Source: Rhizophagus irregularis (taxonomy: Eukaryota). From it: a DNA stretch of 64,000 bases. The position numbers and the translations under genes were made by a program. The stretch lies in the NCBI RefSeq assembly GCF_026210795.1, contig NC_089430.1, forward strand, positions 2,852,001 through 2,916,000. The letters are read 5' to 3'. The notes under the pieces are model-generated. The model ran no database searches and was not told the DNA's origin. It saw only the letters and a list, made by a program, of their open reading frames with translations. This document shows positions 52,470-64,000 of the stretch, in pieces. The first letter of the stretch is position 1; each line of letters begins with the position of its first letter.

Positions 52470-53635
52470 TTATATATGAAACTGAAATTGGTTAATTTTG
52501 ACCTCTGAAATGGTCAAAATAGTCAAAATGATTTCGACTTGAGCCCCTCCAAAAGTTGAAATAGTCAAAATTATGTCATAGTCATATGATTTTATAGTAA
52601 ACAATAATATTAAAATTCAAAGTTAACGAACTCCGCATCCAGTAATTCGATTTTTATGATCTTTACACGGTTGGATTCAGCTCATCGAGAGGATTCCAAT
52701 GATATGTAGTTCATATTTGTAGCATCAATATTGACGGAGTTATTCACATTTAAAATTTGGTATTATAATTTTTGTAGTAAACAATAATTTTAAAATTCAA
52801 AGTTAACGAACTCCGCATCCAGTAATTCGATTTTTATGATCTTTACACGGTTGGATTCAGCTCATCGAGAGGATTCCAATGATATGTAGTTCATATTTGT
52901 AGCATCAATATTGACGGAGTTATTCACATTTAAAATTTGGTATTATAATTTTTGTAGTAAACAATAATTTTAAAATTCAAAGTTAACGAACTCCACATCC
53001 AGTAATTTGATTTTTATAATCTTTACACGGTTGATGTTTGCTTTAGTACTAAATGTAACAGAATTTCTAACTGAATAAGTATTAAGAAATTTAAATTGTT
53101 TGGTCGATCTTTATAAATTATTAATTTCCATATGATACAAAAAAAAAGATATGATGATTTAAAAAAACTGTTGATTTATGTATAATAAATACTAAAAAAT
53201 TGTTTATTGTAATTTACAATACAATAGTTGATTATTTTTTATAATTAAATAAATGTATTTCATATTTGTAGCATTAATATTGACAGAGTTATTTACGTTT
53301 AAAATTTGGTATTAAATAGTCTTATAATTTTTATAGTAAACAATAATTTTAAAATTCAAAGTTAATGATCTCTACATCCAGTGATTCAATTTTTATGATC
53401 TTTACGCAGTTGGATTCAGCTCATAGAGAAGATTCCAATGATATGTATTTTATATCTGTAGCATCAATATTGACGGAGTTATTTACGTTTAAAATTTTAT
53501 ATTAAATTATAATTATAAAAATCACATAACTATAATGTAATTTCAACCATTTTGACTTTAATTTCAACTTTTAACCTTTCTAAGTCGAAATATTTCTACT
53601 TTTGGGCTTTAATTTTGATTTCATGCATAGTAAGG
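52470..53635. mobile_element. Non-autonomous element with imperfect inverted ends and internal 180-bp tandem repeats
   Basis: Units start at 52596, 52776 and 52956 (partial), with a diverged copy at ~53255-53510. Ends are inverted (ATGAAA..AAATT/ATTTCGACTT versus AAGTCGAAAT/AATTTTGATTTCAT). Confidence 0.65.
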
Positions 53636-54026
53636 TTTATATATAAAATTTATTAAAAATTCTACTATAAAAAGAAATTTATTATTATAATTTTTTTCCT
53701 TTTTAGCTAATTAATTAATAGAATTTAAGCAAATCCTAAAATAAGATTTCATATAAAAGTTAAAATTTTTTACAGTGATATTTATTAGTAGTAAACAAAA
53801 TCCTATTAAAGTATAAATAAAGCAAAAAAAATTAAAAATGTTGTTAATTTGATATCATTATGGTCATAATATATATTAATTAATATTTTAGAAAATGAAA
53901 ACTAGTTAAGCAAAATTTTATATAATATAAAATTAAATATTTTTATTGGTTAAAATTAGTATTATATATATATAATTGAATATTATTGGTTTAAAAAAAA
54001 TCTTATTTAAAAGTAGGGGGATAAAA

Positions 54027-54253
54027 CAGGACCCCGCTTACTTATAATAAAGGTCACTGTAGAAAATTAGCCCTTTACTAATAGTTTTTACCTTACTTTT
54101 TTCTTAAATTCTATTGGTTAATTAGCTAAAAAAGAAAAAAATCATAACAATATAACATAAAATTTCCTTTTATAGTAAGATCTGCAAAGAATTTTATATA
54201 TGATTTTTACCTTAGACCTGGGGGTGACCTATCTTATAAGTAAGCGGGTCCTG
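54027..54253. mobile_element. Small TIR element
   Basis: CAGGACCCCGCTTACTTATAATAAAGGTCAC versus GTGACCTATCTTATAAGTAAGCGGGTCCTG form an inverted pair. Confidence 0.65.
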
Positions 54254-54255
54254 AT

Positions 54256-54499
54256 TAAAGTTGCTTGTCTAAATCTCTTCAAAATCCTACGATTAGTTTC
54301 GTCAAAATTTTACTATAGATTTATTATAGTTTCGGCAGAGTTTCGGCAGTTTCAGCATTTATAATAAGTTTCGGCAGTTTCACCTTTCTCCAAAGTTTCG
54401 CCAGTTTTTTAATATAACTTTAATATAGTTTCAGCAGAATTTCGCTTTTTAGCAAAACGCCATCTTGCCTAAACCCCTAGGTTTCAGCAAGCAACCTTA
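54256..54499 (-). mobile_element. 244-bp hAT MITE, copy 5
   Basis: TIRs TAAAGTTGCTTG/CAAGCAACCTTA; TSD GTCCTGAT/ATCCTGAT (7/8 match). Confidence 0.92.
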
Positions 54500-54804
54500 A
54501 TCCTGATAAAACTTATAAAATCAATATTAATTAATATATATATGTTTACTACTCTAAACTTTAAGAATATTAAAGTAGAAGAATTTGAATATTTTTCACA
54601 AATGATAATAAGAGTAATTTGGAATTTTCAGATAATAGATTTTTTGATAATTCCAATAAATAATAGGTAATAATATTAATTATATATCAAACAAAGAATA
54701 AAAAAATTTATATAATGAAGAGAATTTAGGCAAAGTTGAGTATAATTTAAGTTTAAGCAAAGTAAATTCTAATAAAAATTCCAATGAAAATTGTGATTTG
54801 ATAC

Positions 54805-55345
54805 AAAAAAATAATAAAGGTATTATTTATTTATTATTTTAATTTTCATAGTATTTAATTTTAAGATTTTTTAAATTAGCTAAAAAATGATAAATATTAA
54901 AGAATATTAATACTATTATTTGTAATATTACATAAAAATAATAAAGGTGGTTAATTTAATTAATTATTGATTATTTTAATTCTCATATTTAATTTTAAGA
55001 TTTTTTAAATAAATTAGCTAAAAAATGACAAATATTAAAAAATATTAATACTGATATTTGTAATATTATATAAAAAATAATAAAGGTAGTTAATTTAATT
55101 AATTATTTATTATTTTAACACAGGTCAAAAAGTGAAAAATCAGGCATCAATCAGTCACCAATCGGTCACCAATCAGGTAGTTGATTGGTGACTGATTGGT
55201 GACTGATTGGTGACTGATTGATGCTCGATTTTTTACTTTTCAACCTGTGTGATTTTTATATTTAATTTTAAGATTTTTAAATTAACTAAAAAACAACAAA
55301 TATTAAAGAATACTAATACTGATGTTTATAATATTATATAAAGAA
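54805..55345. repeat. AT-rich tandem repeat, ~130-140-bp unit, 3 copies; third unit interrupted by a MITE
   Basis: AAAAATAATAAAGGT...AATTTTAAGATTTTTTAAATTAGCTAAAAAATGA...AATATTA repeated. Confidence 0.8.
55119..55249. mobile_element. 131-bp CACA-terminated MITE (CACTA/CMC-like)
   Basis: CACAGGTCAAAAAGT ... ACTTTTCAACCTGTG with internal CACCAATC/GATTGGTG inverted repeats. Flanks TAA/TGA; the empty site is visible in the neighbouring tandem units. Confidence 0.8.
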
Positions 55346-56252
55346 AAAGAAAATATAAATAAAATACAGTCAAAATTTTTAAAAATAATTATTTCTATAA
55401 ATACAGTTAAAAATATGCATTTTTATATTTTAATATTATTAAATAATTTGAAGTATAAAAAAAGTTAAAAAAATATATTAAACACATATTTTATTATAAA
55501 AAATTAGTGTTTTACATGAAGTCTGATTTTTACAATCTTTTATTTATTTTAATTAGAGCAATAAGAACTATTGATTAAAAAAAGATTATTGAAATTAAAT
55601 TATTAGATTCAGAAATATATTTTTTGAAGATTGAATTGAATTTGAATTAAATCTGAATTGAATTGAATTTTAAAGGAAAAATTGCATTTAAACATTTTGC
55701 ATACACTTTAATAAGATTATATGACTAAAAATAAGATGTGCTATTTTAACTGTCACTGTTTATGTAATTGTTACATTTGTATTGTTTATATTTATCTTAA
55801 TGACTTAGTTTTTTTTGAGTAATCTGATACTTATTTGTCACTCTCCTGTAAGTATATGTAAATTATTTGAATGCGAAAAAATTTGATTCATGCAAAATAC
55901 TATAAAAAATATATTAAATTACATTATAAATAAATATTTTATTATTATTTAAAAATATTAGCCGTAATTCAAAAAAGTGCTGTAATATAAAATTTTTATA
56001 TGCCATAATTAATTAAGGCTATAAAAATCTTATAACTGTAATTCAAAATTTTTAAAAAATAATTAAAGCTAATATAATAGAAAAAAATATTGATTCTGTA
56101 AATTTATTTTCTTTTATTTTAAAATTTATCAAAGCAATTATTAATGCACTAAAAAATCAATTTTTGGATTCAAAAATTTTTAATACATTAAGTTTTTGAT
56201 TCCAAATTTTTATTTCAAAGAGAAAGTGATATTATATATTATAGCATTAGTA

Positions 56253-56387
56253 CCATATTTTATGGTAAGTAAGCATCTCCAAAAATAAGCATCTCTAACC
56301 AAAATTATGGACATTTTGGGCAGAATTATGAGGATTTTGGCCAGCATCAAGTGCAAAAAAGGAGTGCTTATATACCACAAAATACAG
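56253..56387. mobile_element. Tc1/mariner-type MITE, 135 bp, related to 35805-35974
   Basis: TA|CCATATTTTATGGTAAGTAAGCA ... TGCTTATATACCACAAAATACAG|TA. Confidence 0.7.
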
Positions 56388-59300
56388 TAATAGTAAAATT
56401 AATTAGCAGAATATTTTGAAATAATTGTTTTCAACTACTAGTAAAAAATTCTTTATATACTTTAATAAAACAAAATTATTAATGATTTTAAAGTTTCATT
56501 TTGTAATTTTATAAAATTCATATTAAAAATGAAACATATAGAAAAAAAATTTTATAACACTAATGAATTTTATATTTTTATATAATAATAGTTATTATTT
56601 ATTAAATAATTAAATAAATTATAATAAGGAAATATCTATTTGTAACTATACAGTGATACTTAATAAGTATATAGATTCTATAGTAAAATTTAAGTTATAT
56701 TAGATTAGTATTAGTATCAGGGTTATATTAGGGTTATATCAGGGTTATATCAGGATTAGATCAGGGTTAGAATTGGAGTTAGGATTATGGTATAATGGAT
56801 TATTTATTAACTAAATAACTATAATTATTTATTACTATACAGTAATGAATAGCAGAATTTTTATTATAAAAGATAAATAATTAAATAGTAATTGATAAGC
56901 AATTAATATAATTAATATTATATTAAAATATATAAATATGAGTAGTTTTAGCCTTTAATTCAATTAGCTAATAGTTAATTAATTTAATAATTATTTTTTA
57001 ATAGTTTATCATATATATTATTATTATATTGTTTTATAATATTTAACTATTTGAATCAAATATGAAATAAGATAAATTTTTTCTACTATAAAATTATGGT
57101 AAACTTAAAAATTGTATTTTAAAAGAACTTTGACTAATAGTTTGAAATTTGATTTGTAATGACTTATACAGTTATACTAATATTAGTTAAAATTGAAAGT
57201 TGCTAAATAATACAAATACAATAAAATAGAAATTATAATATTGGTAAAAATGATATTTAATATTTAAAATCTTGAAATTTTGGACAATTTGTTATTCTTT
57301 CAAATAAAGTAGCAGTATATCTTTTATCTTTTTATTATATAAAACTAATATTTTTTTAAAATTTATTTATACATAATGTGATCTAAATAAATCCTTATAG
57401 TAAAATATTTACTGATTGATATTTTCACATATAATAATAATTTAATATGAGGAATTTAAAATCAATTTAATGTTACTAATGTAATTCACGAAAAAAAAAG
57501 AGGCTGAATTTTTTTGGACCAACCAAAACTCTTTATCGCCTTACATTTATTGATTTTACTTGATTTACACAACATAACAACATAAGGAACTATTGGGAAT
57601 AATGATATTTAAGCTATCAATATAAGCTATTAATATAACGTACATACATGTACTTGTTATATACTTTTTTTAACTTTCCGTAAGTGAACAATAAATTCGT
57701 CATGGACTCATAGTCAAATTTCCTTTTCGCGACGGGGAAAAAATTAGTTACACTACATTTATTTACATTCTCAAATTTGGTTAGATAAAAAAAAGAAGCT
57801 TTTTTGCGAGACCCACATTCTTGATTTTCAACGGGATAAATTTTAACAAATTTAGTCAAAAATAATTTAAATAATTATTGTACGATATAATAAGAAATTT
57901 TATAGGTATTTCAATTACCGGTTAAAAAAAATACAAGTAAGGTTACAGTTCTTCAAATCTCTAAATTGTATTTTTTTTTTAATAATATTACAAAATGTAC
58001 ATAATAATAATAATAATAACTTTAATATTATGACCTATATTAATGTCTTGCAAAAAGTTCCCTTGCATTCATTGCTTTTTCGCGTGTTACATAACTGTAA
58101 ATAAGCTTATATTTTGAACAATACCTTTTTTTTTTCATTATTATATTAATTACATTTTTTGGTAAAATTCTTTAAAATACAAAAATGAATGATTTATAAA
58201 CCATATTGAGTGAATCTCATGTTTTTGTTGTAACCCGATCAAAAAAATGTGGTCGATTACGTAACACGTAACATCATGATGTCATGTGATCTCATAGTTG
58301 AGCAACTTTGCACGAAAAAAATAATATTGTATCAAGTTAGTACCCCCGTATTTGGGTGGGCTTATTGGGCTATCATTTAATATGAGATTTACAAGATTAC
58401 AAGATTTTTAGAATTTTCTCTCTTGTAATTCTTTTTTCCATAAATCTAAATTCACCGATTGGAACAGATGCTACTTGTCCTATCAAAGTAAAAACCAATA
58501 ACCTGATTTTTTTTAGAAATAAATTTATTATTTATTAATTAGCCAATATTAGAGCTTGAATTTCATTTAATCTTTTTTTCATCTTGGGAACTTTCTTTTT
58601 TTTTTCGTGGGCATATTTGTTATTATAATGCAATATGATCATCAAATAAAAATATGTTACATTCAAAAAAAAAAAATATGGCTGAAAATTAATTTGTAAC
58701 GCAAAAAAAAATTGATCTCGATTTTGGTTAGATTGTGTGTACTTTTTTTTTTTTTTAAAAAAAAAATTATTTTATTTTATTTATTTTATTTTTATTATTT
58801 ACTTTACTTTCTTTAAATATTTCGATGTTTAATTTTATTGATCCACGAGATAGTGACGAACGATACTTGATTCGATTATATCATAAAGCAGGAAGCAGGT
58901 CTCATCAAGAATTTTTAAAGCAGGCTAAGAATTTAGTAAATATTTTTTGTTATAAATGATTACCTTTAATTGGCTAAAATTAAAAATCATTTTTTTTTTG
59001 GGGATTTTTTTTTTATTTTAATACTAATTTAGCGTTTTCATTAAAAAAGAGGGCTTATTATTATTATTATTATTTTTTTCGTTCATCGCGTTTTTAAAAA
59101 TAAATAACAATCAGAATTACAACGTGTTGATGAAACAATAATAACGTATAAATGATATAAAATGATATAAATGATTTTATTTTTATTTTTATTTTTGGGC
59201 GTCAAAATTAGAGAAAAAATTTTTTTCCCATTTTTCCAAAAATTTACCAAATATGAAAATGATTTTATTTATGGTAATAATAATATAAGGTAAATTTTTT

Positions 59301-59985
59301 TTTTTTTTATTTATAAATAAAAATTTATTTTTTTTAGGGAAAAAAAAAAATCTTTTCCATTTACCAAAGAAACAAAGAAAAAAAAAATTTTTTTTTTTCG
59401 CAGAAAAAAAATTTTTTTGTGGGAAATAGGAAATTTAACTTTATTTTTAATTCCACATGCTTAAAATATACATTTTAAAAATACTAAATATACACTTACT
59501 TTATACTACTAATACTACTAAATATACTTTCAAAAATATACTATATACTACTAAATATACTTTTTCAATATATACTATATACTACTAAATATACTTTCAA
59601 AATATACTTTTATACCTTATATACTCTAAATATACTTTTATTTACTAACTATATATATTCTTACTAATAATTAACCTATTTTATGTATGATTTCACTTTA
59701 ATGTGCAGTGATAAAATATCTATTTTGTAAGTATATCTATATCTATCTATCTATATCATAAAAAAAAAAACTTTAAATTTAAAATTTATTTTATTTATTT
59801 ATTTTTAGACTTTTAAATAATTATAATAATAATTTTTTTTTTTCTAAACGATACCCCACTCGTCTTCTATTTTAATTAATTCAAAACTACATAGCCTCCT
59901 TTTTTTTTCTTCTCCTTGTCTCATTATAATTCATTAATAATTCGATTATAATTCGATTATAATTCAATTATAATTCAATTATATA

Positions 59986-60345
59986 ATGACATCTAAAAAT
60001 TCAAACGACATAGATCAAACAACATCAAATAATAACAATAACAATAATAACAATAATGATAATAATGATGATCAAGAACATCCAACTCTCGAACCATTCA
60101 CATCTCCAGAAATTCCAGATAATCCGAATAAAAAACTTTTACCTTTAGCAGCTTTAGGAGGATTTTTTGTCGAAATTGGTAAAAAGATAATTAATATTAC
60201 CAATCGAAAATGATGATAAGATATCATTGAACATTGAATTTAGCATAAATTAAATGTAATGTATTATTATACCATACTTACAGATACAACTGATACAAAA
60301 CTAGGTTCAAATTTATTTGGTAAACCAAGCACTGATTTTTGTTAA
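59986..60345 (+). CDS. Small two-exon hypothetical protein (84 aa) with a poly-Asn N-terminus
   Basis: Exons 59986-60178 and 60284-60345 joined by a GT..CAG intron give ...LLPLAALGGFFVEIDTTDTKLGSNLFGKPSTDFC*. Candidate 5'UTR introns lie at ~59290-59337 and ~59726-59808. Confidence 0.6.
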
Positions 60346-63300
60346 AAAAAAGCACAAAAATAAAACATTATTTCTTTTTGGTGAAAAAATGAAAAAAAAA
60401 ATTTTTTTTTTCTTTAAATAAAATATAGTTAACAAGAGGCGTCTCTTAAATGCATATTTAACACAATAGAAAGATTTTTAGGTTAAAATTGTTTCAAAAA
60501 AAAAAACTTGAAAGGTGGAAAACTGCGGTAAATCGAAGTTATTGATGTATTTTAAGTAAGTAATATGTATGATATGTATTGGTATGTTATGTTATGTTTA
60601 TGTATGAATGTTATGTATGTTATGCATGCAACAAACAAATTGAATGGCCTCGAAATAGATAATAATAAATGATATCATAAAATATATTAAAATGTGTTTA
60701 GTGTCGGCTATTTCGGCTGTATAATATGCCTTTCATTACTTATCAATTAAATTTAAAGTTTTAATAATATTTTAATACTTTTTTAAATAATCGTTCAATT
60801 TTTACCAATAAAATATCATCGTTCTCATTATAATTAATATTATTGGTCAGTTTTAACCTTTCTTAATACATGAGCATACAGAATAAATGAATAGGGATGT
60901 TGGTTGTAGCGTGTTCATCCCAGTTTATCTTTATTATAATATAGTACACACTTCATTCTTATAGTTTTACCAGATTTATCAAGTGACAATAATCCTAAAA
61001 CTTGACAATAATCCCAAAATTCCCGACTTTGATCATACGTGTAAACCTAAAATTTATTTTAGAAAATAATGATGTACCTTTCAATTTACCATTGCATAAA
61101 AAACTAACCACTTTTTATAAAAGAAAAAAAAAAATTCATGGTGGTAATACTTTCAAATGTTTGGGCTCATCATGTACATACATTCATTACAGCCTTATAT
61201 CCTTATACAAGGCATACCCGCCGAAATGAAACCTACATTAGTACATTTAACAAATGATAATTCACAGCAATAATCTCTTTTTTAACGGAACACGATGTAA
61301 GATTTGTATCTTTACATCTTTACTTTTTCATGAAAAATTGAAAAAGGTAAATTAATTTAAAATGCCGAATCTAAGCATAATGATAACGTAAAATACGCAA
61401 GATTGTCATCAGACACGGGGGATAACGTTTCGAATAATATAAAAATATAATATATATTTATATATATATGATAGTTATATATATAGTTGTATATATAAAT
61501 TATATAATTATGTACAATATATATAGTATATATAGTATATATATTCAGTTATATTATTCTGTACAGCATATACAAATATATATCCATATATAATATATTA
61601 TAATAATATGACAATATTATAATATTATAATCTCCCCCCGTTTAAAAATTCATTATTTATGTTACACACACTAAACGAATAATTCGCATAGACCCTTACT
61701 AATTACCGCATTGTGATTTGATCAGACACTTGCATATGCGGGACTATCCCGCAATTTTCGAAACCGAAATATTTTTTTTTTTTTCAAAAAAAACTTTTTA
61801 TGATTGACGTAAATAATTGCTTGTTATTTTTTAGTACATCCAATTTCTTTAATGATTCTGTGTATCCTCATATTTGAAAGCATGGTTGTACCGATCAAAA
61901 CAAACATTATTTTTAACTGAGGAACATAAAAATTTGTATAAATATTTGTATGATATATAAAAATGTATAAATGTTCCCCAAATTTAACAATTAGAGAAAC
62001 TGTCGCGAGAAAAAACTTGACCAAATTTAGATTATAACAAAATAAAACAATTATTCCTGTATTATTTCCTGTCAAAAAAATTTTTACATATTTACCAAAT
62101 TTATCAATATTGTTTTAAAAAAATTTGTCATAAAAAAAAAACAATTTTTTTTTAATCGTTTTTTACGATCTTTTACGATCTAAAAAAAAAAAATATTATG
62201 ATAATTGCTTTTTTGTGTTATCTTTTTTATTTTTAATTGATTAAACCAATCAGAATGTATAATTGTAAAACAACACATGTCATTTTTATTTATCTGCAAA
62301 ATAATGCAAGGAAAAAAAAGATCATTATTTAAAGAGAGAGGACAAAAAAAAATTTTTTTTTTCTTTCTTTTCGTTTCTTTCTTTTTGAATGAGAAAATGG
62401 ATATAAATTTGTCACTCTTATCAATTTCCATATGTACATATAAAATTTGAATATAGTATGAAATTAATCTGATAATATAGATAAATTTGATCATAACGCG
62501 TCTTTCATAAAAAAATTAAATTGTATGTTACGCAAAAAAAAAATGGCTGTTACACCGCGTGTGTTACCCTTTGATACCCTGGTATTGAAATCTGTTGTGT
62601 AATTGCATTAATATGTAAAATGTTGTCACTTTAATCTAATTAGGTATATCAATTATTCTTAAAACAGAAAAGAGAAATAAAGTTGACCAAAGACTACAAT
62701 TTGAATTAAAATTTCCCGGAGAATCATACAAAAAAAAAACAAATACCTTGCTCACGACATGTGATAGAATTAAAGTAAAATGGAAATGATTACGGTTAAT
62801 TAGAAACGCACGCAGCGTAATTTTTATTCATAATGCTTTTGCTTGCTGAATTTCAAAGGGGGTTGAAAACGAAACGGAATTTAAAAAAATTTAAACCAAT
62901 ATTTTCTTTCTTTTACGCCAAAATTTATTTGTGTTACATAACATGGGTTTAAATTGGAATTTTGGCTTAGTCCAGTCACATCATCGCGAAAAAAAACAAA
63001 AACTTGTTTGTTACTTGTTTTTCAATGTGTTTATAATATGTTGTTAATGTTTATTTGTGTATCATATCATACTACTTAAACAAATTATTGTATATTACAA
63101 GGGTAAACTTTGTTACTCTAACCTAATCAAGGATGCTCAACTTTTTTTAATAAGGGATCACAAATAACACTTTATCCTATCGTCATCTTTAACCTTAGCC
63201 TATTTCCATCCTCCATTGTTCTTACTCCGGTCCAGCTTCTTAATAGTAATGTTGTACGATTGCTACATACAGTCAAATTATTTATGTATAAATAGCAATC

Positions 63301-64000
63301 ACCTGTTATGTTAGATGATATAAATAAATCGTTCATTATATATTATTTTTTTTTTTCATGCATGCAAATTCTTTATTATTTTTTTTTTTTTTTTTTATAG
63401 ACATGCAAATCATTTTGAATTCTTCTTCTGATTTCTTCGCTTTTTTTTTCTCGTTCCACATTTTATTAATTTTAATAATCATTTCAATTCGTTCCTCTCG
63501 AGTTCATCAATTACTGAGTTTATTTTTGTATAATAAAATACTTGTATAATAATATTATTATTTATCCCATTATTAGATTATTATTTCATCCCTTCTTGCA
63601 TAAAATACAATAAATATATACATAAATATATACATTTTAAAATTATTCTTTATTATTATATATATATATATATACTAATTAATAATGAATAAACTATCCC
63701 GAACGTCTCGAACCTTTTGAATAAATATATATTTAACTATTCGAAACAAACAAAAGAAATTTATTTAAACCGGAATATTTCATAAGCACACCGTTTGTAT
63801 TTGTCCCTTTTGTCATCATTTACATGTATAAAAAAAACTATTTAAATAACACCATTAATATATAAAGAGCTTACAAAGAAAAAAAAATATTTTTTTTTAA
63901 AAAAAAATAAATTTCTTAAATTTCTCTTCCCTTTTAAATTATTTAATAAAATAAAAAATCCTTTCGTATAGTTAAGTTAGGTTTCTCACTTTTAAACTTC

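Noticed and set aside
61415..61642. Possible MITE bounded by ACGGGGG/CCCCCGT around a TA-rich core
   Set aside because: Inverted match too short and no clear TSD.
61800..64000. Short F/I/K-rich ORFs
   Set aside because: Composition reflects poly-A/T tracts; no consistent exon chain could be built.

Overview
Very AT-rich eukaryotic genomic DNA with short GT-AG introns. The TKL-type kinases, BTB/BACK fragment, MULE/hAT/pogo relics and CpG-decayed repeats point to a Glomeromycotina (Rhizophagus-like arbuscular mycorrhizal) fungus; this is inference, not a database match. Two clearly intact spliced genes can be rebuilt by hand: a 6-exon TKL-family pseudokinase (15610-17293, -) and a 7-exon DHA1-type MFS transporter (29954-32227, +). 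There is also a probable 84-aa two-exon orphan gene (59986-60345, +). Two small gene families occur as duplicated pairs in which one copy is frameshifted: a 145-aa SUKH-like protein and a 168-aa N/Q-rich protein with C-terminal repeats. The rest is a nested transposon graveyard: a dead hAT transposase hit by two non-autonomous hAT elements, five copies of a ~244-bp hAT MITE with 8-bp TSDs, non-LTR retroelement fragments, MULE, pogo/Tigger, Harbinger and Crypton-like (tyrosine recombinase) relics, and tandem arrays. The most unusual structures are an array of repeated intron/micro-exon units (10480-11765), a tandem MULE-end-plus-gene duplication (35440-43450), and a perfect 23-bp hairpin upstream of the Crypton-like relic. 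No rRNA, tRNA or CRISPR was recognised.
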